From: Leptogorgia sarmentosa
Taxonomy: Eukaryota
Assembly (NCBI GenBank): GCA_964658305.1
Contig: OZ210885.1
Span: 8,680,001 to 8,744,000, forward strand
Direction: 5' to 3'
DNA: 64,000 nt
Part shown: positions 50,245 to 64,000 of the stretch, piece after piece
Layout: each line of letters opens with the position of its first letter
Position numbering within the stretch: position 1 is the first letter of the stretch
Translations under genes and position numbers: made by a program
The notes under the pieces: generated by a model
Told to the model about the DNA's origin: nothing
The model's input: only the letters and a program-made list of their open reading frames with translations
Databases searched by the model: none

Positions 50245-52705
50245 TATGGTCTTGATAGACAGTCCGCGATCAAGTTGTCTCGTCCTTTGATGTGGGAAAT
50301 CGTCATATTATATTCCGATAGAATCAAACTCCATCGCAGCAAGCGTTGGTTTTTATCCTTTAATTTGTGGAGGAACACGAGGGGGAATTGTGGTCACTGT
50401 ATACGAGGAGGGGAACTTCGGTGGAGGGGACATACACGTTAAAGTGCTGCAGGGCGAGGATAAGGGCAAGGCATTCTTTTTCAATAGTGGAATAATTTTT
50501 CTGATGTTGGTTAAATTCTTTCGAGAAATAACATACCGGATGGTCGATTCCATCGTGGTCTTCTTGAAGTAAGACGCCACCCGCTGCAACATCACTTGCA
50601 TCAACGGCTAGCTTGAACGGGCGCGTAAAATCAGGTGCAGACAAAACAGGGGCACGTTGCAACATGGCTTTAAGTTGCTCGAAGGCAGACTGGCATTGGT
50701 CAGTCCAATGAAATTTTGAATTCTTTTGTAACAATCGGGTTAAAGGTTCCGTAATAGTTGAAAAATTTGGGCAGAACTTTCGGTAGTACCCTGCCATACC
50801 GAGAAAGCGCATCACGTGCTTCTTGGACGTTGGTTGAGGGAACATTGAAATTGCTTCGACTTTCGCTTCCACAGGCTTCACTTGTCCTTGACCGACGACA
50901 TGTCCCAAGTAGGTAACATGACCACATCGAAACTCGCTTTTTAGTAGGTTGATTGTCAACTTTGCGTCGCTGAGTCGGTCAAAAAATTTGTGCAGTATAG
51001 TCAAGTGTTCTTCCCACGTATCACTGTATATTACTACGTCGTCGATGTAGCCTTCGCAGCCTGGGATTTCAGCGATGACGCTATTGATTAGCCTTTGAAA
51101 AGTTGCAGGGGAATTTCGCATGCCAAATGGCATCACTTTATATTGGTAGAGACCTTTCGGTGTTACAAACGCGGAGACCTCTTTGGCTCGTTCGGTCAGA
51201 GGGATCTGCCAGAAACCTTTTAGCAAGTCAAACTTAGACACATACTTTGCAGTTCCAATTTTATCGACACAATCGTCTATCCGCGCGATAGGATATGTAT
51301 CCGCTTTTGTCACATTGTTAAGCTTTCGATAATCTGTACACATTCTGTAACGGCCATCGGGTTTCGGAACTAACAAACAGGGTGAACTCAAGTTACTTTG
51401 ACTTGGTTCGATGAAATCATTCTCGAGGAGGTAGTCAATCTCTGCTTCGAGGTATCTCTGCTTCGTGGGATTTAAGCGATATGGGTGTTGTTTTATTGGT
51501 TGTGCATCGTCGATCTCTACGTCGTGGGCAATGCGGTCAGTTCTGGAGGGTACATCGGGAAATAGGCTTTGGTACTCTTGTATTAACGCTTTGATGTCGC
51601 TGCGTTGAGTTTCATTTAGATGACTCAACTTAGTATCAATATCGCGAAGAACATCAGAATTATGAAGTTTAGTTGACTCAGACAAAATTGAAGAGTTCCG
51701 TTGTGTCTTCTGTATTACGATTGTTTTCAACTTCAATAGTCTGAACTACCTGCACAGCACTCTTTCTCTTGTAATATGGCTTTAACATATTTACATGACA
51801 TAATTGCTGACTTTTACGTCTATCGGGGGTGACTATTACATAATTTACGTCATTCTCTTTCTTTTCTACGAGATAGGGGCCAGCATACCGTGCCTGAAGT
51901 GTATTTCCAGGGAGAGGAAGTAAAGCAAGAACCTTATCACCGTGCCGAAATGTACGACTGACGCACTTTTTGTCGTACTGATTTTTCATGCATTTTTGAG
52001 CCGACTGAAGGTTTGCTTTGGCTAATTCGCATGCTTTCGACAATTTTGTTCCAAAGTCCGAAACATACCGTGAAAGGTCCAATGAATGTCCACCGAAGGA
52101 AAGTAACTTTTCCTTTAAAAGACTAAGAGGTCCCCTAACTGTATGACCGAAAACAAGCTCAAATGGACTAAAAGCTAATGAGTCCTGAAACAAAGGACTG
52201 CAAACAAAAGTAAATGGACGCCATCGTCCCAGTCTTTTTCGGTTTCCAGACAGAAAGTGCGCATCATGCGTTTTAGCGTTTGATGGAAACGTTCAAGGGC
52301 ACCTTGGCTCTCAGGATGATAAGCAGTCGATTTATATTGTTTTATTTTTAATTCGTGCATTACTTGTTGAAAAATACCGGACATAAAATTGGATCCTTGA
52401 TCCGACTGAATAGATTTCGGGAGACAAAGTAAAATATTTTGTCAGTGCTTGAATAATTGTCTTTGCCTTGATGTTTCTTAATGGTATAGCTTCCGGAAAT
52501 CGAGTTGAAGCGCACATTATGGTCAATAAATATTGATTTCCCCTTTTTGTTTTCGGTAAAGTTCCGACGCAATCAATCAAAATTCTACTAAAAGGCTCTT
52601 CGAAGGCTGGAATGTGTTTCAAGGGTGCTTTCGGAATAGACTGATTCGGTTTGCCTATGACTTGACAGGTGTGACACGTTTTTGCAAAATTCGACAACAT
52701 CTTTA
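50245..52705 (-). mobile_element. Ty3/Gypsy pol with frameshifts; domain order integrase-RT-RNase H (Gmr1-like)
   Basis: CHTC, IDCVG, YHPESQGALER and GPY (integrase) lie upstream of MCTDYR, MPFG and YIDD (RT), then DAS, NYSTIEKE and IADCLSR (RNase H). Confidence 0.9.
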
Positions 52706-52710
52706 ATAAT

Positions 52711-53470
52711 GGAAACTTTATAAATGAACTTTTTTAGTATACATATAAAATTGTAAATCTCACTTATGTCAGGTAATTTACAATCCGCTACTTGAATCAA
52801 TTATTGAACTACAATGTTATATAATGGACGTACAACAATATAACAAATAAGAAATATAAACATTTAAAAAGTCAGTAATTCCGGATTTGTCCACTCTTTA
52901 TTCCGACAACAGAATATATAATATGTTGTTCTGATTCGTCATTCGTTTGATATAGAACATTTTCTGGTTATTTTCAAGGCCAAGGTCGTCGAGCATTTCT
53001 AGGAATTCTGAGCATTGGTTTGCAAAAATACCAAGGGAACTCATTGAAAGATTTATAAATTTAACTGATTTGAAATTTTTACGCTGTTCACTAATCAATT
53101 CTAAGTATTTACTCTTTTTTCGTTTAATGTTATTCTCAAGATTTGATTCAAAACCAAGTTAGTTCGACAATGTAGAGACAGCCACTATTTGTTAAGAGAA
53201 GTAAATCTGGGCGATAGTTGTCACCGGTGATGATTGATGGGGTTTTGTGACCGGGTAGATCCACATAAAGAGATGATTGGTTGGTAGTTGGAAGGTTTGT
53301 CGCAAGGAAGTTTAAGATCGAGTCATGCCTCCATGTGAAACGTTTTAAGTACGACTGGCAACCGGCTACCACGTGTAGGAGCGTTTCAGGAGCTAGGCAA
53401 TAGGCGCAGTCCGACGTTGTTGATATACCCCATCTTACAAGATTTTTGCGCGTCGGAAGAGAGTTATTGA
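52711..53470 (-). mobile_element. 3' fragment of an RLE-type non-LTR retrotransposon (family A; HERO/NeSL/R4-like)
   Basis: RFTWRHD, RPDLL and VELT motifs; 3' UTR ends in an (ATT)n tail. Confidence 0.85.
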
Positions 53471-53593
53471 TATAATATTTATTATAATAATATTATAATA
53501 ATAATATTTATTATAATAATAGTTATTGACAGGTGTGACACGTTTTGAAAAATTCGACAACATCTTTAATAATAATAATAATAATAATAATAA

Positions 53594-54580
53594 ATAGATT
53601 TGTTGCGGTTCCAGATCCCTATAGCTTTCAGCATTTGGGTGACAAACCCTGACGTCGAAAAAGGCTGATTGCTGAGGCTCCCAAAATCCACGTGCATGTA
53701 TATCCAGTCTGGCATCTCTCGCTATGTTCGACCCTCTTGTCAACTGCTCACCTGATACATCTTGCAGCACTGGTTCAGTCACGACATCGTTACAAACCAT
53801 ATTTATCAACTCCGCTTCCAGATCCCTCAATTCGTTATGTCTCTGAATGACAAACCCCCCTCTCTTACAAATCATGGCGTGATCAACGTTAAACAGTTCC
53901 CCGCACACGCAGGCAGATGGAAGATCGTCGATTTGCCAGTCATAACGTAGTTTGACTCCGTCCTTAAACTGCCTTTTGTTAAGATTAAATCCTAACTCTT
54001 TAAGAGGCAGCACTGTTAGCCAGATCGATGATCCTTTTTCGGCAGCCAATTCTAGTGCGCGTCGAGTCTTCTGAGGTGCGACTTCCTTTATTCCATTGAC
54101 CTTGTTTTCATTACCCTTTGCTCTCTCTTCTCTTACCTCTTGCTGTGCTGACGCTATCAGGGAGGGATCTGGTAACTGATGTGCTTGGGACACAATTTGT
54201 GTAACAAGAGGCGTGGTTACTTTGATTGATGACATGTACTCACGCTGTGCATCGTCACACGGGTTCCCTAGACCCAATCCTCCCAAGCGTACTGGTAACG
54301 ATGGTATTTCCCTGTCCAACTGACTACACTGCCGATCTGTAAGAGCAGGGATAAGAATACGTGATATAGCGTTCTCTAACGGCTCAAGCAGATCCTGAAT
54401 ATCTGGAATGGTTCTGATAAAATACGTCCATCGATGTTTTAGGCCAAACGTATATGCTGCATAGCACGCTTGGGGCTGAACCGCAGCGAACTCGGCTAGT
54501 TTCGTTACTTCACTGATCCAGTTGGACACCTTATCACTTACATAGTCCTCCACATATTCTCGTGAACCAATCGCAGCTCC
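53594..54580 (-). mobile_element. CRE-like non-LTR retrotransposon fragment (family B)
   Basis: [42 protein letters not shown]; truncated at both ends into (AAT)n. Confidence 0.8.
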
Positions 54581-54850
<270 letters not shown>

Positions 54851-54932
54851 TAAGTACTATTAATGATTTAAAAAAAAAATTAGTAATAAAATATTATAAT
54901 AATAAAAAGATATATCTATCCTAATGGCGTCC

Positions 54933-55653
54933 CTATCTAATGGCTCCCTCAGTTGCTTCAACTTCAATGTCAGAATTCTTTAAGTCCCATGAGACCCTCT
55001 TAACAGTTCGTGATCCACGAAGACAGATTAGCGCTGATCTCAAAAGAGCGAAGGAAGTTCTTGCACGAATCCAAGAGATTGTCTTGGCGTAGTCTTCTCC
55101 TCTTTTAATAGCAATTAGCTCGGCTAGACGGCTATGAAACATCCGGCATTCCTTCCCCATTCCACCCGTGGTCGTAAATACTAGTGGTGTGAAAGTTCCT
55201 TGCTCGATATCAAGAACTCTGCTTGCATACTGCCGCTTCTTCTCATTCTCATGCATGCGATAGATTTGTTGCGGTTCCAGATCCCTATAGCTTTCAGCAT
55301 TTGGGTGACAAACCCTGACGTCGAAAAAGGCTGATTGCTGAGGCTCCCAAAATCCACGTGCATGTATATCCAGTCTGGCATCTCTCGCTATGTTCGACCC
55401 TCTTGTCAACTGCTCACCTGATACATCTTGCAGCACTGGTTCAGTCACGACATCGTTACAAACCATATTTATCAACTCCGCTTCCAGATCCCTCAATTCG
55501 TTATGTCTCTGAATGACAAACCCCCCTCTCTTACAAATCATGGCGTGATCAACGTTAAACAGTTCCCCGCACACGCAGGCAGATGGAAGATCGTCGATTT
55601 GCCAGTCATAACGTAGTTTGACTCCGTCCTTAAACTGCCTTTTGTTAAGATTA

Positions 55654-55654
<1 letters not shown>
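54933..55654 (-). mobile_element. CRE-like element 3' end (family B)
   Basis: Shares an essentially identical ~400-bp block with 53594-53990 and continues HENEKKRQY...[11 protein letters not shown] to the stop. Confidence 0.8.

Positions 55655-55713
<59 letters not shown>
55655..55713. repeat. (AAT)n microsatellite
   Basis: AAT run between elements. Confidence 0.95.
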
Positions 55714-55714
<1 letters not shown>

Positions 55715-58510
55715 GAAACTTTATTAATAAACTTTTTTAGTATACATATAAAATTGTAAATCTCACTTATGTCAGGTAATTTACAATCCGCTACTTGAGT
55801 CAATTATTGGACTACAATGTTGTATAATGGACGTGCGACGGTGTGGCGGATAACAAATAAGAAATATAAACATTTAAAAAGTCAGTAATTCCGGGTTTGT
55901 CCGCTCTTTGTTCCGACAACAAAATATATAATATGTTGTTCTGATTGCAATCGTCGTCATTCGTTTGGTGTGGGGCGTTTTCTGGTTATTTTCAAGGCCA
56001 AGGTCGTCGAGCATTTCTAAGAATTCTGAGCATTGGTTTGCGGAAATACCAAGGGAACTCATTGGGGGATTTACAGCCACTATTTGCTAAGAGAAGTAAA
56101 TCTGGGCGATAGTTGTCGCCGGTGGTGGTTGATGGGCTTTTGTGGCCGGGTAGATCCGCATGGGGGTGTGGTTGGTTGGTAGTTGGGAGGTTTGTAGCAA
56201 GGAAGTTTAAGGTCGAGTCATGCCTCCATGTGAAACGTTTTAAGTACGACTGGCAACCGGCTACCGCGTGTGGGGGCGTTTCGGGGGCTGGGCGGTGGGC
56301 GCAGTCCGACGTTGTTGATATACCCCATCTTACAAGATTTTTGCGCGTCGGAAGAGAGTTATTGATATATCGTATTGTGGGGTTGGGTATGTTTTTCGGT
56401 GGTTTTGGTTGGGGTGGGCTCCATGTTTTGTTTAGTTGGGGGAGTGAAAACTTCGTGACATTTTTGGGAAAGGAGCCTTGACGGGTTAAACGGTTTTGGG
56501 GTCTGTCCTCTTGTCCTGAGCGGGGGTCTTTAAGAACTTGCTTGGTGGAGTTGTGCGTATCGCACTGGGTGTTTTTGTTGCCATTGGTTGACTTCCAGAG
56601 TTCAGCGATTTCGAGGTTTGGAGAATGTTTTGAGAGCTTTACGGATGACGGTTTGGCATTGGATGAATTTGACAGATGGAGGACAAATATTTAGACCAAA
56701 TTTGTTTCGTGTAAGGAAGACATTACTCAGCGTTCCCGATATGGGTGTGTCAAGCCGTTTGCGAATAAAACAGTTTACTTTGGAATCGAGGTTTTCGGTT
56801 ATCCACGTCTTCGGTATGCTGGCGGCCGTAAAGTGCCAGGATAACTTGGATAGCACGTAACGACTGTACAGGAGAAGTTTATTTTTTGGATGCAATGGTT
56901 TCGAGTCAATATCAGTCATGGGTTTGTCGGTCAGAGTTATTATTTCGGTTTTGTGCTTGTCGTTGGACATATGGAAATCGGAGAAGCGCCCTAAATATTG
57001 GGATGATTCTCCAATGTTAATTTTTGGAATTAGCTGATTGTCAATGAGAAGTTTTGGCAGGTACTGGACAGACTTTGTGACAGCTTTTTTGATCCCGAAG
57101 GTACTGCACTTGTCAACTCGAATAATCGTGTTGGCCCGTTGGCGCCGGATAGAGAACCGATTTAAGAGGTGTTGATTTTCAGATTCTTGCCCGGTGACTA
57201 CTGCCGCGTCATCAGCAAATTGGGACCGGTGGAGAGGATTTTGCGTTTTGAAGGAAAAGCCGAATTGACGGTATTTGTCAGCATTTTTATGTTGATTGGG
57301 TGTGTTGGGACACATGTTGAAAAGGAGGGGACTGAGGCAATCTCCTTGCGGTACGCCGCGACCAACTGTGATGGGGGGGGGGGGGGTGTGGAATTTGGAG
57401 GTTATTATGGAGGTCTGGAGGTCGGTGTGTGGGCTCTTGATAACAAATTTAATATGGTCGGGGATATGGTGATAGTCAAGTACGGATTGGATTAGGTTGT
57501 GATGGATTTCGCCAAACGCGTTCTTGGGGTCGGGAGGGGTGGTGGCGGCGGGGCGTTGCCTGATTCGTGCTTTATTGGTGATGTCGGCCGTTTGCGCGGT
57601 ATGTTCTAGAGTGCCAGAAAGGTTAGGAGTAAAGCCTTTTTGAATCGTGTGTTCGGTGGGTTTGTTGGGGGCCGGGGAGGAGAATATTTCATTTCGAAGA
57701 CAGGATGTAAATACTTTTAATGGTATTGATTCGAGTGTTATCGGACGGAAATTTGACGGGTTATTGGTGTCACCTTTCTTGTGAGTGAGTATGGTGCGTG
57801 CTCTTTTCCATTCGGTCGGTACGGTTCCGGATTGCCGAATTTCGCGGATGGGGTCAGTAAGATAAGTTCTCAAGTAAGGACATCGCTTGAAACTAATTAT
57901 GGAAAGTTGGTCTGAGGGGCAAGGAGAACCAGATGATTTCGTTTTGCGTATGATATTAGTGAGTTGTTGGTGCGTCGGAGGGTCAAGGTTAAATTGAACT
58001 TGGGGGTCGGACGGTTTTGGGGTCCGGCTGGGAATGTCAAAGAGTTTATTTGGACTGATTCTAGCTAACGACTTCGAGAAATGGGACAAACATTCGGCCG
58101 TGTTGAATGATGGTAAACTTGTATCTTGTTTGTTTAATATATTTTTCACATAGCCCCAGGGGTTGGGTCCGAGGTGTTTGTCGTGGTTTATTGATTCACT
58201 GTTATTTAATCCGTCTGCGTTGTTGCTATTGTTACGGAGTTTATCACGCAATACACGCGATATATATTTGATTTCACCTAGGTCGCCGTTGTTGGTTTTT
58301 GGGTTTTTTGGAGCTTTCTTGGGTTCTTTCACGGAATGTTCTTTGTGTTTGGTGGCCGTATTGTTGTCGGGTGCGGATTCATTTTGTCCAAAGTTAGATG
58401 CGAAGTAGTTGTATATCGTGTCATTCAAGAACTTGATTTTTGAATTTGCGTCCTGTATTGTGATTGGATTGTTTGTTTGGGGCGAACATTTGGGATAATC
58501 GTTAGCCCGT
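55714..58510 (-). mobile_element. Family A RLE non-LTR retrotransposon, 5'-truncated and T>C (coding strand) hypermutated
   Basis: RT motifs NFRPITL, QGDCLSPLLF, QFADD; 3' end aligns with 52711-53470 with clustered A>G on the + strand. Confidence 0.9.
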
Positions 58511-58536
58511 TATAATAATAATAATAATAATAATAA

Positions 58537-60780
58537 TGAAAACTTTATTAATAGAACATTTATAGATATATACAATTGTAAATCTCACTTCTTGAGGTAA
58601 CCTACAATTGACTACTTGAATCACTTATACATGCATGGTTATAATCTTATATATGCAAAAATTGTTAATTATTTATAGAAATAGTTACTTTAAATGTTCA
58701 TTAGTTCGGGATTTGTCCATTCTTTGTTTCTACAGCAAAATATGTAGTACGTTGATCGGATGGCAATAGATATGATTCTTCTGATACAATATTGTTGGTG
58801 TGGTTTATCCAGTCCTAACTCATTTAGCATTTTTACGAATGTATGACATTCTTTGTCAAACACCCCCAGCGAACTGACAGAAAGATTTATGAATTTAACA
58901 GATGTAAAGTTTTGATCCAGTTCTGTAATTAGGTTTTTATATTTAGCTTTCTTGCGGTTAACATTGTTTGTGAGGTTTGATTCAAAGCCTACGGTAAGTT
59001 CAACAACGTAGAGGTGTTTGTCCGACGTGGAGACAAGCAAATCAGGACGGTATTCATTTCCCGTAATAGTCGAGGGGCTTTCGAATCCAGGAAGATCAAC
59101 ATTTAATTTGCATTCGTTTAAACTTTGAAAAGTTTTTGCAAGAAAGTTTAGTATGCAATCGTGTCTCCAAGTAAATCGTTCCAAATAGTGTTGACAACCG
59201 GCAGCAACGTGTAGAAGTGATTCAGGGTGTAAGCAGAACGAGCAGTCTGAACTTGATGAAATTCCCCATCTTGCAAGGTTTTTGCGGGTCGGAAGGGTGT
59301 TGTTGATATACCGGATAGTGAAGTTGAAAATGTTTTTGGGCAGTTTGGATTGGCAAGTTGACCAGATTGTGTTTGCCTGTGGCAGGGAGTATCTTGATAC
59401 ACTGTTGAAAAATGAGCCTTGAGACGTTAGTTGAGTGGTTAGTCTATTTTCTTGACTGTCACGAAATGACTTAATTACTTCCTTGGTGGAGCTGTACTGA
59501 TCATGTTGGATATTAGTGTGGTTTTTGGTTGATTTCCAGAGGTGGGTTATAGATTCATTGGGAGATGATTTCAAACTAGTCCGAATGGTTGTCTGACATT
59601 GTGTAAATTTAGTTGAAGGTGGAATTATGTTTAGGCCAAATTTGTTGCTGGTTAGGTAGACGTTACTAAGTGTTCCAGAGATCGGTATCTCAAGCCATTT
59701 ACGGATATATTGCACAAATATAGAGTCCAGGTTTTCTGAGATCCAGGTTTTAGAAACTGATGTAATGGTAAGATGCCAGGAAAGATTTGGTAAGATGTAG
59801 CGGCTGTAGAGTAGAATTTTGTTCTTCGGATGTAGTGGCTTTAGATCTATTTCTTTCATTTTATTTGTTAAGAGCGACATTTGTTCCAACTTATGTTCAG
59901 TATCCGATATTTCATAATCAAAGTATCGTCCTAAATAGCAGAATGATTTTCCCATTTCAATGACAGGAATAAGGGAGTTTTTAATAATTAGTTTAGGAAG
60001 GTATTGGACGGATTTGGTAAGAGCTTTCTTGATGCCAAAGGTACAACATTTATCAACACGAATAGTCATGTCAGACCACTGACACCAGATTGCAAATCGG
60101 TTTAGTAAATATTGGTTTTCAGATTCTTGACCGGTGATTACGGCTGCGTCGTCTGCGAACTGGAACCAGTGGATTGGGTTGAGAAGTTTATGTGAGAAAC
60201 CAAATTGCTGATATTTTTCGGATTTTATGTGTTGGATAAATGTGTTAAAACAAAGGTTAAATAGCAGTGGGCTGAGGCAGTCACCTTGTAAGACTCCGCG
60301 ACCAACTTGTATAAATGGTGTGTTGAAATTTGATGTGATTACTGATGTTCTAAAGTTTGTGTAGAGGCTTTCAATGATAAGTTGAATTTCATCAGGTATG
60401 TGATGATAGTTAAGGACAGATTTAATTAGATTATGATGTACTTCACCGAATGCGTTCTTGAGGTCAAGGAGGGTTATAACTAGAGATCGTTGTCTGATAC
60501 GTGCTTGGTTGATGATGTAGGCCATTTGTGCTGTGTGCTCAAAGGTTCCTGATATATGTGGAGTGAACCCCTTTTGAATATTGTGTTCAATAAAGTTATT
60601 AGCGAGTAAATAGGAGAACATAGCATTACGGAGACTTGATGTAAATACTTTCAGTGGTACGGATTGGAGAGTTATTGGGCGAAAGTTTTCGGGGAGATTA
60701 GGATCGTGTTTCTTATGAATTAAAATTGTGCAAGCTTTTTTCCATTCGTCGGGAACAGTTCCAGAAAGCCACACAGCTTG
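58537..60780 (-). mobile_element. RLE non-LTR retrotransposon related to family A, 5'-truncated, 694-aa open ORF (RT, CCHC, RLE)
   Basis: LLDLKNAF, GVLQGD, QFADD, CSFC..H...C, RHD, RPDLL..VELTV; flanked by AAT runs. Confidence 0.9.
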
Positions 60781-61233
<453 letters not shown>

Positions 61234-62060
61234 GTCTTTATTAAAACTCTGAAAACGCCCGTCCGAGTTCACATGGAAATTCTTAGTTACAGCTCTAATT
61301 TACAAATATTCTAGAAGTTACGAAGTTAAATATTTTTTGTAGCTAAATATGTACAATATAAAATCATATAAAATTGAATAAGCAGCGATTTATGAAAGAA
61401 TTCTTAAAACGTTCTGTCCGTATTCGTGGTAATTCATACTTATGTCCCCTGGGTCTAAGAGGTCTAGCTACATCATTAGGCAATAGCTCATGCAACGGAT
61501 TGTTCACATTTGATGTTACTTGCACCCATAACTTTTTATCTCGGGAGTGCATTATGTCTTTCGAAGAGTGATCTTTTGTAGTATAGCCATATTTGCGCGC
61601 TCTATTTATAAATTTGTCGATTTGTCTCAAGTATTTATCATAATAGGCACATCCCCATAATTCTATTCCGTATGTTAGTATTGGCATGATAAGGCTGTTG
61701 AACAACAAATCCAACTGTTCAGGTGTCATTCCATAGTATTTGCATGTACGCATTATGTGCATTCTGCTGCTTGCCTTACTAATCAGTTGTTCTAAGTGCA
61801 TATCCCAGTTTGTTGGATTTTCTTGCAGTGTTGTACCAAGAATTTTAAGCCAGGTTTTTCTTTCAATCATTGATTGGTATTGGATTTGGTATACTCGCAT
61901 TGTTCTTACACATCACCATTTCCCAAGTTTTGCCCATGTTTAGTGGCATACGATTTCTTTCCGACCACTCAATTATGTTTTCCACTTCGATTGTAGGAGT
62001 GTCGCCCTCATTTGTGCCAGGAACTCCTAAGGTCATATCATCCGCAAATTTAATTAATCC
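61234..62060 (-). mobile_element. 5'-truncated CR1/L2-group (Daphne/Crack-like) LINE 3' end
   Basis: LIKFADDMTL near 62030-62057; KILG..LQ, LRPRGH, RTERFKNSFINRC; AATAAA followed by an (ATT)n tail. Confidence 0.75.
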
Positions 62061-62504
62061 GTTTCTTTGGTCAATTACTTTGATGTCGTACTTTAATTAA
62101 AGCAATGCGATCGTTGCCGTGTAGTCAACTTGAAGTTACAGCTCTCACGTTGTAATCAGTCTTCGCGTTGCTTTGAAGACGTTATAATGCTTAGCTTAAC
62201 ATTGCGTTGATAACAAAGCTGTTGATGCCACAATTTATGCTTGGTTTTTGTTCAGCACAAAAATTTGTTTCTTCGGAAAGCTCGTCGTCGATTTGGTCAC
62301 TTTGTTGATCTTAAGGTCCCTAATCCTCTCCTACAAAATTGCTATGACACCATTTTTGAACTTATCCACAATGCAGTTGTCTTTCTATTAGGAATGACAG
62401 AAAAGTCTGGTGATAGTTACATAGTTGATAAAATTAAAAAAAACTATATTGGTGCAGTGTAAAATAAACCACTGTATACACACGTCATATTTCGCGCAAA
62501 TAAA

Positions 62505-62830
62505 TAATTAAGAAATAGATAACGAGTCGCGTGCCATTATGCTGTTATAACGCACGAGGGAAATGTTGGGAGAATACGAGAGAATCGCGTAAAACACGAG
62601 GCGCAGCCGAGTGTTTTACGCGATTCTCGAGTATTCTCACAACATTGCCCGAGTGCAATTATAACAGCATAATGGAAAGCGAGGAGTTTTTCTATTTCTT
62701 TTATAATATAAGAGAATATTAGCGCAACAAATAACTTCGTTAGGAAGATCAAAATTACAATTCTCTTTACATGTAATCAAGCGTGTTCTCAAGTGTTGCC
62801 AACCAGCAACACACTACTAAATATATTATA
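62505..62830. repeat. Non-autonomous element with internal palindrome (Crypton-like)
   Basis: GAGAATACGAGAGAATCGCGTAAAACAC / GTGTTTTACGCGATTCTCGAGTATTCTC hairpin. Confidence 0.5.
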
Positions 62831-63470
62831 AATTTCAGTAAACTGTTCGTCATTGGAAAACAGCCATATGTGCATGTGGCTGTTTTACAATTAAACCCAT
62901 ATTAATAGTATGTGGTTGGTGAAATTTACGATTTAATAAACGAATATCTAGCTAATTTGTTTCATCAAAACAGCAACAGACTACGTGTATAGGTTACTTG
63001 ACCGCTACTCTACCACTTTAGTTATCGAGCCAACAGGCACCGGTAGCGAGTCTTACCCAAGCGTTCAAGTTGGCTCGATACCTATATCTATGGACTTGCA
63101 CAACAAAGATGAGGGCATACTTTTACGAAATCCCAAGAAATAACGAATGAAAACACACGCCTGTGAAACACGCCACAGTAAATTCCGCAAATTTACAGTT
63201 ATTTTGTTTTTTGTCTTAAAAATCGTTTCGGTGTTTGTCTATCGCTTACATTGCTGTTTAAGTTGCTATGGGGACGTAATGGTAAAAATGAAAGTTAGCG
63301 GTGTAAGTAGAGTGTAGCTGATAGGTTAGTTATTGTAGTTACTTGTCTCAATCATTTATTTTGTCGCCGCAATGTTTTGAACAATACTCCCAGTGTAGAA
63401 GTGATATGAGTGAAAATGATCTATTACACCGGTACCTTTTTATGTACGTGCTATCTTATTTTATAAACAG

Positions 63471-63689
63471 GTAGAGAAGTTCAACAACTACAGGGACATT
63501 CTGACGTCGTTAGCTGTTTGGCTGTGTCACAAAGTGGAACAATACTAGCGTCAGGGTCGTGGGACGGCAGTACAATCCTTTGGAGAATGGACAGTTATGA
63601 ACAGCTTTTTGTGTTTCAAGGGGAGAGAGCAGTTAATGCCCTGGATTTCAGTGCAGATGATCAGCGAGTGTTTATTGGAAGAGGCGATG
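63471..63689 (+). CDS. STAND receptor, coding exon 8 (WD40); gene continues beyond the window
   Basis: Joins exon 7 in frame as DLDTG-REVQQLQGHSDVVSCLAVS...LASGSWDGSTILW; donor G|GTAAGC. Confidence 0.9.
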
Positions 63690-64000
63690 GTAAGCATCTT
63701 AAACACAAGTCAAACAAGGATATCAAAATATTGTTCAGAATAGGTAAACGAAAATCTGCATTAACGTTTTCTTGACTTCCGCTCTGCTTAAAAGTTTGTA
63801 TTAAAGTGCGCGAGTTTCGATAAGAAATAAGATTTCATGGAGAAACGATGCCATTGGAGAAAAAATTAAATCCTTTTCATACTATGTTTGTAAAATAGCT
63901 CCGCAAATGATCATATTTTCCTTTTCGGAAATATGTTACCCCGCCGGTACCAAATTCAATATTGGAATATGTTTTATTAAATTAAAATAATTATTTTTTC

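Noticed and set aside
56113..57495. Gly-rich + strand ORFs
   Set aside because: Antisense to the retrotransposon; opened and Gly-enriched by the A>G changes

Overview
AT-rich, intron-containing animal genomic DNA. The repeat families and gene style suggest an invertebrate, probably an anthozoan cnidarian; this is inference. Contents, left to right: (i) about 18 kb of intergenic DNA with nested non-autonomous DNA transposons; (ii) a two-exon rhodopsin-family GPCR (19015-20343, +); (iii) a ~9-kb cluster of tRNA genes and pseudogenes built from duplicated and inverted multi-tRNA cassettes (22.4-31.3 kb); (iv) a long + strand gene, reconstructed from 8 phase-compatible GT-AG exons (34156 to >63689, about 917 codons in the window). 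It encodes an N-terminal R-x4-H (HEPN/DUF4559-like) domain, a coiled coil, an Apaf-1-type NB-ARC with helical domain, and WD40 repeats. Its introns hold a dead NACHT P-loop exon, a Helitron/Helentron relic, a Gypsy element with integrase upstream of RT (Gmr1-like order), and a stack of non-LTR retrotransposons in (AAT)n arrays. One of those retrotransposons carries dense, one-directional A>G (+ strand) hypermutation. All calls come from reading the sequence; no database searches were run.
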